Program-made: the position numbers and the translations under genes | Notes under the pieces: model-generated | The model's database searches: none | What the model saw: the letters and a program-made list of their open reading frames with translations, nothing else | What the model was told of the DNA's origin: nothing | Shown: in pieces, positions 14,009 through 31,184 of the stretch | How the letters are laid out: each line of letters starts with the position of its first letter | Position numbering within the stretch: position 1 is the stretch's first letter | Assembly: GCF_009914755.1 (NCBI RefSeq) | Contig: NC_060926.1 | Strand: one strand, 5' to 3' | Source of the DNA: the human T2T-CHM13v2.0 reference genome, Homo sapiens | DNA length: 64,000 nucleotides

Positions 14009-15893
14009 TTTATTAAGGATTTTACAGTAATCCAGGAAGGCATTCTGTTAATCAGCAGAAGAGTCATGCCTGGGAGGTCAGTGAAATTTTATGAACAAGA
14101 AAGTGCCACTTATGTTGCTGAATTTCTTTAATTTATACTTCTGGTACATTCTTAAGGATGTCATTTTTTGGTTAGAACAGTAAAGCTTACTCTTCACCTT
14201 TCCTCTATCCCCTTTAAGACATGAGTGAGAATTCAAAAGGAAATATTAGCATTCCAACTAAAAATATGCAAAGTAAAAAATAAGAAAGGGAAAAAAACAC
14301 CTATACAATTGATAAATATGCACTAGACATATTACACAAACTACATGATGAAATTTTGATCAGCATTTCAACTTGAAATTAAAGAAATAAAATATGGTCT
14401 TTATAAATAAAAATATATATATACACAAGATCTCAGACAAAAAAATATAAAACAAGAAAATGACATAAAAAGTGAGTCAGGAAAATATAATTATAAGGAT
14501 TCCAGGAAGATATTGGGAATATAATAATAGTTTTTTAATTTTTCTCATTCCCCTAAAGCACACACAGATGGCAACTAGAATAAGCTAAAGAAAAACACGA
14601 AGACAACATATATTATGATAATTGGTGAGCAAGTACCCTACAGACTCCAACATGGGAAAACAGAAATACCAACAACATGTATCAGATCTGCAGAGAAAAA
14701 GACAACAGGGCTTATCGTGGCAATGGAAACAGACAAACACTAAAGTTAACAGTAAGTATTCACTGCAAAGTATGAATGCACAGCTAAGAAGAGCAATCAA
14801 AACTTGGAGGGAGCTCTAAAGTGTCCAATTCAGATCACTACAGAGAACTTTATACTGGAGCAATACACGTTCTGAGGAATCCCAAAATTTACTAATGAAA
14901 ACTTCATTCCAGGAGGAAGAGAAACTGAGGAGAAGCTTTTGGAGATAGAACCCACATTGAACAAGAAGTAAATAAAAAGGAAGATCCAAATATAACCAAA
15001 AACGGAAGCAGAAAGAGCAGATGTCAGAAAACATGAAGCCATATTTTTATCTCTTTGGGAAAACAACAGAAATGAGATCTCCAGAGAAATAAAGCTGTAA
15101 ATAAAAGTTATCCTGAATGCATCTCTCTCTTTAAAGTCACAGAATGCTTTCATATAATAAAAAAACAACCCCAGAAAGCCATGTTTTCAAAATGAAGCAA
15201 AAGAAATTAAGAGATGACAGACTCTAAGAAAAGATAACAATAAAGCATAATTAGAAAATACTCAAAAATCAGGGTGATTAAGTAAAGAATGACTGGAAAA
15301 TAGAAGTGATAAAATTCAGCAAAGTTGTTTCTCAACTATCATTTCAGAAATGAGTATTTAACAGAAAGAATGCAAGATAACATAACAGATCATGACTTGT
15401 GTCAAAATTATTCAAAAGAAAAAATTAAATTGGAAACAAAATGATTCACAAGAAAATTAGTAGATATTTTCAATGAAAAGAGTCAAACTGTAAAATATTT
15501 GAAGAAATTTTTCCTGAACCAAATATGAGGACCATGACCTATAACACAATACCGAGGGATCCTGTGACCAGGTGCCCAAGGTGGTCAGGCTACAGCTTGG
15601 TTTTATAGATTTTAGGGAGACATAAGACATCAATCAATATATGTAAGAGGTATGTTAGTTCAGTCCAGAAAAGTGGGACAACTCAAAGTGGGGGTTGGCG
15701 GGGAGCTTCTGGGTCATAAGTGGATTCCAACATTGGCAATTGGTTAAAAGAGTTAAGTTATTATCTAAAGACCTGAAATCATTAGAAAGGAGTATGTGGG
15801 TTAAGATAAGGGGTTTTGGAGACCAAGGTTCTTATTAGGAGATGAAGCATCTTGGTAGCAGGCTTCAGAGAGAATAGATGTTAAATGTTTCTT

Positions 15894-16648
<755 letters not shown>

Positions 16649-18680
16649 TAAATGTTTCTTATCGGACTTAACAAGGTGCCAGACTATTAGTTAATTCTCT
16701 TCTGGATCAGGAAAAAGACCTGGAAAGGGAAGGAGATTCTGTACAGAATGTAGATTTTCCCCATAAGAGACAGCTTTGCAGGATCATTTCAAAATATGTC
16801 AAATAAATATATCCTGGGTAAAAATACTTTGATTTCTTTCAGGACCTGCTGTCTGTCATGTTGGCATCTCATTGCTACAAAGAGTTGGTTTTGTCAGTCT
16901 TAAGGTCTCCGTTTTAATGTTAATGCTAATCAGTTGTGCCTAAATTGTAAAGGGAGGAGAGAATAATAAGGTATGTCTGACCCCTTTTTCCAATCATGGC
17001 CTGAACTAGTTTTTTAGATTAATTTTTGTAATACCTTTGGCCAAGAGGAGGGGGGCTTAGAATTTTATTTTTGGTTTCTGATATAGAAAAGAGGCAAATG
17101 AAATTCAATATACATAGATTTAGAGCACCTGAAGAAGAAAGTAAAAGCAATGAATGACACAAATAATAAAAATATATTTCAAGAAAACTTTTCCAAATTA
17201 AAATATCATATGAATCTATATATCAAAATAGCATGCAACATACCTGTGAACATCTACTATACAACACTAAAATTATTGCACCAGGAAAAAAGAAACAAGC
17301 AGAAAGAAGAAGAAGAAAGAAAGAAAAAAGAAGGATGGGAAGAAAAGGGGAAGGGGAAGGGGAGAAGAATCCTTTCAAACTTCTGGCAAGTAACTAATAA
17401 AAGTCAAATAACTTATGAAGAAAAAAAACCCTTATGGTCATTAGATTTTTCAAGAGCAACATTTTATATCACAGTATATTTAAAATATTCAATAAAGTAA
17501 AATTTAAGTCAAGGATTTTATATCCAGTCCATATAATATTCAAGTGTAAAAGGCACAGGCACAGTTTGATTTTTCTGCAAAAATAGAAGGACTATTGCTT
17601 TCATGATCTTTCCTGAATATCTAAAGAATAAGCTTCAGACAACCTAAATGACTGAAATTACATAAATATAAGGCAGGTGATGAACATAAAATTATGTATT
17701 TTCCATGGGGGTAAATAGTGAGTACAATAGAGTATGTACTGACTTTTTGCTGTGACAATAAAGATTTAGCTAAACCATCAAAAATAGGTACAGTGATTGA
17801 CTAAAATGATGATGTGGTGACTTCTGTGAACTGCTGTTCCACAATAGCAATGAAAATACTAGCAAAGCAAAATTAACCATTAACCATTTCACAACTCTGG
17901 AAACTAACCACAGCTACAGAAAACCAAAAATCATTTATCCAAAAACAACTACTGAATATCAGTAAATCAGGGCAGGGTGTGCAACATTTTGATTATTCCC
18001 ATTCCTACTTCATTGGCAGCTCAATAGTCTTATAGCCATGAAAAGCCAGCATTCATTCTTGCAACCAATCAAAATCATTTACCTCAACTAAAACTCCATT
18101 AAAAATAAAATCTTCAGAGCACAGTCAATATTTTGTCTAAACTTCCAGCTCCCAGAAAAAACTCTGTTCCCAGGTACTATGGCTATTCAATTTAACTCAG
18201 AGCTCAGCTCATCAGGAAGAAAATTTTAAAAGCCCTACCCCATGGCATTTCCAGAACAATAGCAATTTCTTGACAACACCGCAGCTTCCTGAAGCTAAGA
18301 CTTGATTTGCTTATGGCAAACAAGAGCCTAGCCTGAAATATAAAAGGAAATAATTGAGAACAAGATGATCATAAGGAACTGGAATGTTCTGACATATTTC
18401 TGAAGATTGCAAAGGCTGTACTCATGCGCAAATCTGTACCCATGCCCAAGATAAAAGATAAGACCCAGTCACCACTGGCTGGTCTGGCAGCCCTGCACAA
18501 GCAGGAGGTCAAAGCTTGTAAACTACCTGAAACATGAAGTTATGCCTTCTCACACAGATCCCCTTTGCAAAGGGAGGAAGATAAACAAGTAAAACATGTC
18601 AGGAAATCTTCTGACCTGTATTGGCTGATCACAATGACATAAGGATGAACGCTAGAAAGCTAAGCATAAAAATTAAAACA

Positions 18681-18994
<314 letters not shown>

Positions 18995-19811
18995 TTAAAA
19001 AGTAGCAGAGAACTCAGTGACTTCAATTCCAGAGAATGTAGAATCTACAGGATTAGTTCAGATAATTCCCTAAACAAGTAAATAGCAAGAGGAAAGTAAT
19101 TAGCAACAAAATAAAAAAATTAAAACCCAAAAAGATAGAAAACTAGAAGGGGAAAAAGCATCTGATTAAAGTTGTTACAGTATATTATCTAAAATATTTA
19201 GTTTCCAACAAAAAGATAATTATGAGAAATGCAAAGAAATGGAAAACTATTCCACATACACAGGGGAAAAAACCAATAGAAAATTTCCCTGAGAGAGTCC
19301 AGATTTTAGACTTAGTAGACAAAGACTTAAAAGTAGCTATTATAAATGTTTAAATAACTAAAATAAATCGTGAGTAAAGAATTAAAGAAAAATACGAGAA
19401 CTGTCTTGTCAAATAGAGAATATCAGTAATAATGTTGAGTAGAATATCTTGATATTGATAATGCAATAGAAAATGTAAAAAGAACTAAATATAAATTCTG
19501 AAATTGAAAAGTATAGTAACTAAAATGTTAAAACCCACTAAAGGGAAATAAATAGCCTATTTGAGCAAGCAAGAGAAAGAACAAGTGAACTTGAATAGAA
19601 GTCAAGAAAGATTACTCAGATCAGAAAGGAAGAAAAATGAGCAGAACTTCAGAAACTTGTCAAGAATACAAAAATACACACAATAGGCATCTGAGAAGAA
19701 CACAAATGAAGTGGCAATGTTTATCTGGGGAAAACCCAAGGTTTGTTTTCTCACAATAAGGAAAACGGAAACGTAGATGCACAAGGTGTGGGTTTAAGAG
19801 TGGAAAGTTTA

Positions 19812-21164
<1,353 letters not shown>

Positions 21165-21553
21165 TCATGTAGAGTAAGGAGTATTCGGAAAAGATTTCCC
21201 TCAGCAGCAGAATGCAGTTGGTTTTACAGAGCAGCTTGAGGAGGCAGTGTCTGATTTACACAGGGCCCAGGGGATCGGTTGAACCAGATGTTCCATTTAC
21301 ATAGCCCATGAAGAGGCTGGCCATCCCACCTTAATCTTTTATTATGCAGATGGGGTCTCTACCTGGACGGCGCCATGACACCCACACACTTAGCCACAAA
21401 GAAAAGAGAAGAGAAAAACCTCCATGCTGGATATACCTGGTGTCCAGCACAGCTGCTGGCAATTACCTATGCAAGCTTCCAGCTTGCTTATCTGTGCTTG
21501 CAGCTTGATTTTTCAGGCTGCTTTGTGTTGAAAAGAAATGATTTGGGGGCTGC

Positions 21554-21860
<307 letters not shown>

Positions 21861-24800
21861 AACTTTTTTATTTTTTATTAGAAGATAAATCTTACTGAGG
21901 ACTCCCAAACCCTCACTAACAGCTTAAGTAATTTCTTTTTAACTCCTATATTACAAAGAGAATGGGGTATAAAAAATATGTGAAAGAATTATGGCTAAAA
22001 ACTTCCCAAATCTGATTTAAAATATTATACTTCCAAGAATTTCAACAAACTCCAAGTAAAGCAAAATAAAATTTGAAAATCCATACCTAGAAAAATTATG
22101 GTCAAAATGACATCACATAAAAATAACTCATTAACAGCTTACACTTCTCATCAGAAATCATGGAGACTAAGGACAGCCGATAGCATCTTCAAAGTGTTTA
22201 AAGAGATTGTCAACCAGCAGAACTATCCTTATCCAGCAAAACTACCCTTCAAAAATAAAGATGAACTGAAGACATTCCCACATAAACTAAAACTAAAAGA
22301 ATGTGCTACTAACAGCTCTGCCCTACAATAAATACTAAGGGGGTTTTTGGGCTACAATGAAAGGATATTTGAATATATTCACAAAAAATAAAAAGCACCA
22401 GTAAAGATAACTGGATAATATGAATGTATTTTTGTTTGGAACTGTCTTTCTTATAATTGACCCAAAAGACTGTGACAAAATGCAGTATTATAAAGCAGTG
22501 TTGAAGGGCTTATAATGTAAGAAGTGATTGCTGACATTAATAATACAAAAGAGAGGGGTTAGAAAAGAAAGTATATTAGAGCAAAGTTAGCATATACTAT
22601 TGAAATTAAGTTAATATCAACCTGAACAAGATTATTTAAATGTAAGATGCTAATTATAATCTCCAGAAAGACAAATAAGAAAATAATTCAGAAAATAGTA
22701 AAGGAAACAGCAAGAGAATTAAAATGCTATACTAAAAAATTATCTATTTAACAGAAAAGGCAGGAATCAAGGACTAGAAAACAAAACAAAGCAAAACAAA
22801 AAGACGTATAAAAAATAGCAAATATGACAAATTGAAAGCTTATCTAATCTGTAATTATAATAAATATGAATGGATTAAATACTCCAATCATAAGGTAAAG
22901 ATAAGCAGAAAATATTTTTGTATGACCCAACTATATACTATCTACAAAACACATACTTTATATTCAAAAACAAACAAGTTGAAAGTAAAATGATCAAAAA
23001 GACACACCATTCAAGTACTAAACAAAAGAAGGCCATAGTGGTTGTACTTATGTAAATAAAATGATTGTATGAGAAAGAAACTTTTAGTAGAGACAAAGAA
23101 ATTGTATTTATTAGGTAAATCTATAAGTAAATATGCATCTAATACATGAAGCAAAATACATTAAGCAAAAACTTCTAGAATTGAAGAGAGAAACTGACAA
23201 TTAGAATAGTAGTTGGGTTTTCAATACCTTCCTTGTAGTAATGAATAAAATAACTAGGTATGAAATAAATGAGTCTGTAGAATAGCTAAAAAATACCATA
23301 AACCAACTAGAGCTAACAGGCATTTACACAACACACTTCTCAACAATGTAGAATACATGTACTTCTCAAGCATGCAGGAAACACTTTCCAGGATACATCA
23401 AATGCTAAGGCTAAATAAATTTAAATTGCTTAGAGTCATACAATACATATTCTCTGACAAAAATAGACTTAAATTAGAAATCCATAACAAAATGAAATGT
23501 GAGAAATTCACCAATATGTGGAAATTAGACAACACATTCACAAAGAACTTAGGAGTCAATAATAAATCATAATAGAACTCAAAAACATTTTCAAACTTAC
23601 AATATACTAAAACTTATGGATTGCAACTATAGCAATGCTTACATGGAAATGTATAGCTGTAATATAGAGCAATAAAAAATAAAAAATCTCAAGTTAATAA
23701 TAAGCAGTAGGAGTAAAACAATAAAAATTGAGTGAAAATAAATGAAATATGGAATAGAAAAGCAATAGAGAATACTAACAAAACCAAAAGTTGATTCATT
23801 GAAACGTTTAACAAATTAATAATCTTTAGCTTATGCTGACCAAGAAAAGCAGACTGAAAATACAAATTAATACATTTATAAATAAAAGAGGCTGTATCAC
23901 TACCAACTTTGCAGAAATAAAACAGATTGTAAGAAAATGTCATAAACAACTGTATGTCAACAAATGAGCTCACTTAAAATGGACAAATTCTTAGAAAGAT
24001 ACAACCAGCTGAAACTGGCTCAAAAGAAATAGAAAATATATATATATACACTATAGAGATCAAAGTAGTGATTTCAAAACTTTCTAAAGGAAAAGTACAA
24101 GCCCACAGAGCATCACTAATGAACTCTACCAAATATTTTAAATATCAATACTAATACTTTATAAAATCCTCCATAAAATGAGAGGAAGAAACACATCCCA
24201 ACTTATCCTATGAAGTATTTCTTGATACCAAAGCCAGAAAAAGACATTACAATAAATGAAAACTACAGACTAATGTCCTTTCTGACTATACACGCAAAAA
24301 TATTCAACAAAATACTAAAAAACTGAGCCCAGCAACATAAGAGAATTTCATGCTAAGACTACACGGAATTTATCGCAGCAATTCAACATTGGATTAACAC
24401 CCAAAAATGAGTCAATATAATACACCATATTAATAGAATAAAGGACAAAAACAATATAATCTTCTCAACCGATGAGAAAAAAAAGACATTTTTTAAAATC
24501 CAAAATACTTTAATGATAAAAAACATATTAAAAATTATGAATAAAAGGGAACTTCCTCATCCTGATAAAGGGTATCTGATCAAAATCCACATATAACATC
24601 ACATTAGGTGGAGAAAGATTGAATAATTTCCCACTCAGATCAGGAAAAATGCAATAATAACCACCTTTGCCCTTTCTATTCAACATTGTGCTGAAACATC
24701 CAGTATTCAACTGGATACCAATGTATGGTGGTAGGACTAGCCAAGGTGATTACACAAGAAAATAATTTTTAAAATTCTGTGAGAAAAGGAAGAAGTAAAG

Positions 24801-26646
24801 CTATTTTTCTTTAAAGATGCCAGGATCCTTTATATAGAAAATCCTAACACATCTACTAAAAAACTACTGGGACTAATAAGAGCAAGGTTGAGGTTATGAG
24901 ATCAATATACAAAAATCAATTGCACTTCTATATACTAGCAATGAACAATTCAAAAATGAAATTAATAAAACTTGTATTTGTAATGGTATTCAAAGAGTAA
25001 AATATCTAGGAATAATTTTTTAAAATAAGTTCAAAACTTGTATACTGAATATCACCAACACTGTTGAAAGAAGTTTCAAAGATTAAAATAAATAGAAATG
25101 TAAAAGATTGAAATAAATACTACTTCAGTCTCTACTTGTTATTTTATGTTTGTAAATCAAAAAATTAATAATATTGTTAAAATGCTAGTATATCCCAATT
25201 TCATCTACAGATTCAATGCAATCCCTATTAAAATTCTAACTAGTCATTTATCAGAAATTGGCAAGCTGATCCTAAAATATATATGCAAATGCAAGGAACC
25301 AAAAATAACCAAAACAATCCTGAAAAAGAATAACAAATGGACTCCCACGTTGCCCATTTTTAAAATTACTACAAAGCTATGGGAATCAAGACAGTGTGGT
25401 ACTGGCATAAAGACATACAGAGAGATCAATGAACTAGAATTGAGAGTACAGAAATAAACCCTCCCCATTTATGGCCAATTGACATTTTACACAGATACCA
25501 AGACAATTCGGTTTGAAAATGTTGTCTTTTTAATGTATGGTGGTAGGACAACTGGATACCCACATGCAAAAGAATAAAGGTGGATTCCTTACTTATATCA
25601 TAATTAATTTACAAACAATTCCTCACAAATAATTAACTTTAAATTAATCATAAATGTGAATGTAAGAGTTAAAATTTTAAAAACCCACAGGATTATCATG
25701 ATGTTAGATTAGTCAATGGTTTCTTTGATGTGACACCAAAAGCATAAGCAATAAAAGAAATAATAGATAAATTGGATTTCATCAAAACTACGAACTTTTA
25801 TTATTCATAGGACACAATCAAGAAAGTGAAAATACAATCCACAGAATGGGAGGAAATACATATAAATCACATACATATATGTATACAAAGCAACTTCTAT
25901 CAAAATCTTTAAAGAACTCTTATAATTCAATAATAAGACAAAAACTGAATTAAAATATAGACAAATTATTTCAATTGCTGTTTTTCCAAAGAAGATAATT
26001 TAAACAGCCAAGAAGCATAGGAAAATATGTTCTACATCATTAATCATTAGGGAGATGAAAATTATAACACAAAATTAAATTTAAAAGCCATCCTTACAAA
26101 TAAAAAATAAATTAAGCAAATGATGCTAATTGAGTATTTATTTGGTAGCATAATGATGCAGGAAGACACTATTCTGGCTGACTTTAAAACAGTGATTTTT
26201 GAATGTACATACTCAGTGGGGATATACCCTAAGGAGAGAAGTAATTACCGCATACACACACTTAAACCTCTTTGCTAATAGTATTAACATTATCATTAGG
26301 AAATTGTGTGTTTGTGTGATACAAAATAAAGAAAAATCATTATGATGTTTAATTAGTGGAATCTGAAGTATCAGTATGAACTCACAAAGTGAGTTTTGGA
26401 AAATTTCTTTATCCACCAAAAAAGCCTAAAAGCAACAATTAACCAGAAGCAGTGAACACCCCGCATGCTCAGAATACTTTCTCTAAATATTATTTCCAAC
26501 TAAGATAAACCAGAGTTCCTTGGAAAAATTATTCCATATTCTAGAGCTGGGGCAAGTAAAAACGGTACAAAATGGGGCTATAACTTTTTTTTTTTACCAT
26601 TAGAAAGCAAGAAAAATATCAAATACCGCAAGGTTCATGTTCTAAG

Positions 26647-27152
26647 TGAGGAAAGCAAAGATCACCTGGTGGCCATCATGCAGGCCATCCAGAGGCAACA
26701 CTCCTTATCTGAGGAATTCAGAAGTAATTACACTTCCCTATTCTATTATCTAAAGCTGGCACCTGGTTCCAGGCACCTTTCCCAAAAAGGTGTAAGTAAT
26801 TAGCTTTTCTGTACATCTCCGGAATGAATGCATGTATATTGTAACTCATTGTGCAACCCTTGCTGACATTAAGGCACCAAAATGTCTACTAATGTAATCA
26901 TTTATTATGATCTATGTGGCTAATATGGTTCAAATTGCCCTTAAGCTCCAACTTTAAGGTCTATAAATATCCCAAAGGAAAAATCCACAGCAGAACACTC
27001 AGTCCTTTCCTTCTTAGGCAGCACTCTGCACTCTGCTGCAACATTCTTTAATATAACTTTATTTTTCAAACCTCTACTATTGTCAGTAGATTCTTCTTAC
27101 CAACCTATGAGTTGACCACTTTCCAATGGCAAGGCTCTGACATCTCCCCGCA
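26647..27152 (+). mobile_element. ERV1 solo LTR (LTR24-group, family tentative)
   Basis: TG...CA termini; TGAGGAAAGCAAAGATCACCTGGTGGCCATC start; TATA-like CTATAAATA at ~26961; TSD not clean. Confidence 0.65.
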
Positions 27153-27505
27153 AAAAGCACTCATGGCCAGAGTTTAACAAGGTACTCCTGTCCAGATTAG
27201 AAAATGTGAGCATTAATGAGGTTAATAACTGCAATGGGTTGTGGCACATCGAACAAGTCTAAATCCAGGAGTTCATAAAGATACAAAAGGAATAACAACA
27301 AAGCAAATCGAACTACTTCTCGTTGCTGTTCTTTGAAGGATGCTGAGAAAACAACTCATTATTTTGAAAAAAGAAAGCAATAATTAAGCATTTATCCTGC
27401 CTCTCCTATATGAACTATGCCACACAATAATTATATACTGATAAGAGAAAGTTTCTTCTAATAAAAGTCTTCCATCAAATAAACAAGAAAGAAATTATAG
27501 AAAGG

Positions 27506-27937
27506 TGTTAAAGAGAACTAAATATGGCCTGAGAAGGACTCCATAATTCTATATTTGAGTTCTTGTGGACTGACTGTAACCTAACTTAATAAGTAGACAA
27601 CATTGAAAACCTAGCTTAGGAGTATGCGCCGGTAAAAATCACTGAGTCTTGGCTAATCCTCGCAGCTGTACTTCAACCACTCATACACTGTTGAGTGTTC
27701 AAACTGTGTTCAAATAAGGCAACCGTCAACGTGTCACCAATCCAGCTGTTTCTGTAGCTCACTTCCGATTTCTGTACATCTCTTTACTTTTTTTGTCTAT
27801 AAATTTGTTCTGACCACAAGGCACACCTGGAGTCTCTCTGAATCTGCTGTGCTTCCAGGGGCTGCCTGATTCACAAATTGTTCGTTGCTCAATTAAACTC
27901 CTTTAAATTTAATTCAGCTGAAGTTTTTCTTTTAACA
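27506..27937 (+). mobile_element. MER57A1 ERV1 solo LTR
   Basis: TGTTAAAGAGAACTAAATATGGCCTGAGAAGGACTCC...GTTTTTCTTTTAACA; 4-bp TSD AAGG (27502-27505, 27938-27941). Confidence 0.9.
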
Positions 27938-29822
27938 AAGGGATATCTGACATTAGCAATTCCCAGTGAATTACTGGATCTAGACAATGATTATCAATGG
28001 CTTCTAATATAATTGAAAAAGAAAAATCAGACATTCCTGATGAAAGTCCCCTACAACTATTAAGAAATACTCTTACAAAACTAAATCAGACATCAATTTG
28101 ATACAAAGTCTCTAGATTTAATCCTAAATTTAGAGAAAATATAATGTGCATAAGAACATGATAAATGATACCAGGTTCCAAATGGATTCCATCCATCTTT
28201 CAGTTAACAGATTGCGCAAGTGCTTTCAAAACATTTCCAGAACATAATGATCAAAAGTTCCCAAATTATATTTATAAAACCATCCTACTCTGGATATCAA
28301 ATTATGGCAAACACAGCACAATGACATGAGTCATAATGAAATATACTAACAATTGTCATTGTAAATGTCCTAAATGATATATTAACAAGCAGTCTTGAAG
28401 GACATTAATATTGAAATAGGTGGCCAGCAAATGCCTTACACAATGATCTTCATCATTAGCAGAAAAGGAGCGGATATCACTGTAGCTACTGGACAGCCAA
28501 TATTTAATAAAATTCAATACCCGTTCTTGACTTTAAAAAAAGTAAGATTCTTAATAAAGTAGCCAAAGATTAAGCCAAAAGCCAGCATTATGCTTGATAG
28601 CAAAACACTGAAAGGATCCTTAATAAAATCAAGAGTAAATAAAGTTAGCTCTTCTCCTCACTACTTTTATCATTATTCTGGAGGCCCTAGCCAGTACAAG
28701 AAGACAAGGAAAAGAAATATGAGGCATAAAATTTGAAAGGATTTAAAATTATTGTCATTTGCCAAAGACAATAGAACATAGCTAGAAAGCCCGAGTCAGC
28801 TGAACACAATTAAGAACTAAAAGAGAACCCAGTAAAGTGGCTGATTATAAAATCAACATATAAAATTCAATAGCTTCCCACTATAAAAAGATCAACCACT
28901 TAGAAAACATAATGAGAAAAAGATTGTAATTATAATTGCAACAACGAATAAAAATATAATCGTTAACAAGAATGTGTTAGCACTCTATGAAAAAATTTTT
29001 AATTGCTAAAGAATGATAAAAAAGTCATAATGAATGGAAAGATACACTATATTTTGGGGTGAAAAAGTCAATATTATAAAGCTATCAAGAGTCTATAAAC
29101 CTATAAGGTGTCAAAACTATAAATCTATAAATTTAAATTTATGAGATACTGATATTTTAGAAAGGAAGAGTAGGTAATAGGGACAGACAAGCTGATTTAA
29201 CAGTAATAAAAAGGTAAACATTAAAGTATATCCAGAATAATTCTGAAGACTTTTTGAAGTATTATAAGGTATAGCAATTCTGAACTTAATATTTGCACAT
29301 GAATGGAGGACAGACATCAATGAAATGAAAAAGAGAGTCCAAAAATAAGTTAAATGTAGTATAAGATATAATGTTAGGAAAAAGCAATTAGAAAAAGATG
29401 GATTAATCAATACATGGTGTTTGGACAAATGGCTAATCCTCTGGAAAGTAATGGAAAATGGATTCCTACTCCAGTCTTCACATCAAAATTATTTCTATAT
29501 GGATCAAAGGTTTTTAAAAACCTAGAAAATACTGGAATAACCATGAAAGGATTTCAAAAATGATACCACCCAAATTAATTTGTAAATTAAATCCAAGATT
29601 CATCAGAAACTGAACAAGATTTTTCCATGAAATTTGACAATCTACTCCTAAAATTCTTACAAAGTAAAATATGTTTGTCTTAGAAAGTAAAACAAATTCT
29701 TACGAAGTAAATGGTATGCAACATTTTAATGAAGAAAAAAGATAGACCCATTTGCCCTACCTCACAATGAAAATAAAATGCACGCCCTCTATTCATTTCT
29801 TTAAAAGCAAATATTTATCAAG

Positions 29823-30387
29823 TGTAACCAAGTACCTGCATTTTTCTAAGAGAGAGTTTAACTATTTTTATGAATATTTTCTCTTTTCTTTCCCTCTCCC
29901 TTTTCCCCCTGTTCTCTGCTTCCTACTTAGCCGTTTAGAAATGTAAATACAACTTTTCACCTCCCACTCATCAGATATTCCTTACAGGGCAAGTTCATCC
30001 ATGTGCTCAAAGAGGGATCTCTCCTCCAGAATTGACAGTTGATTTGCAAACCAAAGCCTGCCACCATGAACCCTCACCTCCAGGGGGTCACCTCAACAGA
30101 GCATGTCAAAAGTATGCCCATTTGGCCACTTTTACAATTTACTTCTGCCCAGGAAGATGCCAACTCAACTGCCTGGTAAATGAGGCACCCAGACAGCAGG
30201 GAGGATCCTGCCCTTGCTCATTTCCTCCTCTACCTTATAAAAATGACCACTCTCTACTCCAAAAGTGAAGCCATACTGCTTCTTCCCCAAGCTAGCTCTG
30301 GAATAAATTCACTTGCTTTGTAAATAGCCTTGCTCTTGTTAACTGGACTCTGCATGCAGTGAGCAACTAACCTGCTTTTTGGTTACA
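29823..30387 (+). mobile_element. ERV1 solo LTR (MER72/LTR29-like MER4 group, family tentative)
   Basis: Inverted termini TGTAACCAA...TTGGTTACA; TSD CAAG/TAAG; TATAAAA and AATAAA in expected order. Confidence 0.72.
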
Positions 30388-31184
30388 TAAGTACTGTCTT
30401 TATCCTCTCTGACCTTAATTAAACCCTTTGTAAATTAAGGTCAATAAATGTCCCAGTGTAGTTCACTGTTGTTTTATTTCGTTTTTCAGTTCTGTGTGAG
30501 ACAAGGATGTCTGTGTAAAACCCCTTTGAAGCACATGTTTTCTGTGCTCGCTGTGGCCTTTGTTGAAGAGTAATTGAAGAGTAACTGCTCACTGTCCCTA
30601 GAAAGAGCACACTGATTACTTGTCAGTGGCCTGTTATCTGAGGCAGGGTCCGAGCACATGACCTATTGAATTCCCACTGACTGACGGGAAGTGAAGGACA
30701 CACCCATTGCCAAAACAGAGTCTTCCTTGTGTAAACACATATTCCCCTGGTTAGGAAGAGCCTGCTCCACAGTGGCTGCCTGGTAGTATTTTTCTCCCAG
30801 TGCTTTGTTGACAAATGAACAAGATTTGACACTAACTAGCGGTGAAATATGGCTCCCAGTACTGAGGTGACTGGTCCTCTCTGTTTCGATGACACATATT
30901 ATTGAAGGCCCCTTCAGGACATTTTACCTCCAAATGAATTTTTTTTGTTGTTAAAGAAAGAGAGAATGCACTGAGCAGATTTATGAGCCCTGCCTGTCTG
31001 CCTGGGAAACTAGCTGTTTTGACATAGTCTCCAGAAGATGCCTCGGGTATTGAATTAACTCAACTCCGAGAGGCCATCACACCGGACAGCCAAGCTTTAT
31101 TCATTTTCCAGCCCCTAACAACACCTGATCCAAGGTGCGTTAGCATCCAAAGGAACTGCTAGGATTGGCTGAACACCTTAGAGG

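Larger units (their letters stand above)
26400..29780 (+). mobile_element. Old L1 (L1MC/ME) 3'UTR and ORF2 remnants hosting two LTRs
   Basis: CAGAGTTCCTTGGAAAAAT...CTAGAGCTGGGGCA L1MC-type 3' region; ORF2-like AAAATTCAATACCCGTTCTTG and GTGGCTGATTATAAAATCAACA; boundaries approximate. Confidence 0.55.

Noticed and set aside
22098-25457. L1 ORF1/ORF2 peptides as functional CDS
   Set aside because: Fragmented by stops and frameshifts; ancient inactive L1
29651-29711. Three short copies of TCTTA(C/G)(A/G)AAGTAAA, and similar 15-17 bp local duplications at ~23146 and ~25078
   Set aside because: Ordinary slippage-type duplications in AT-rich L1 debris; no regular spacer structure, not CRISPR-like
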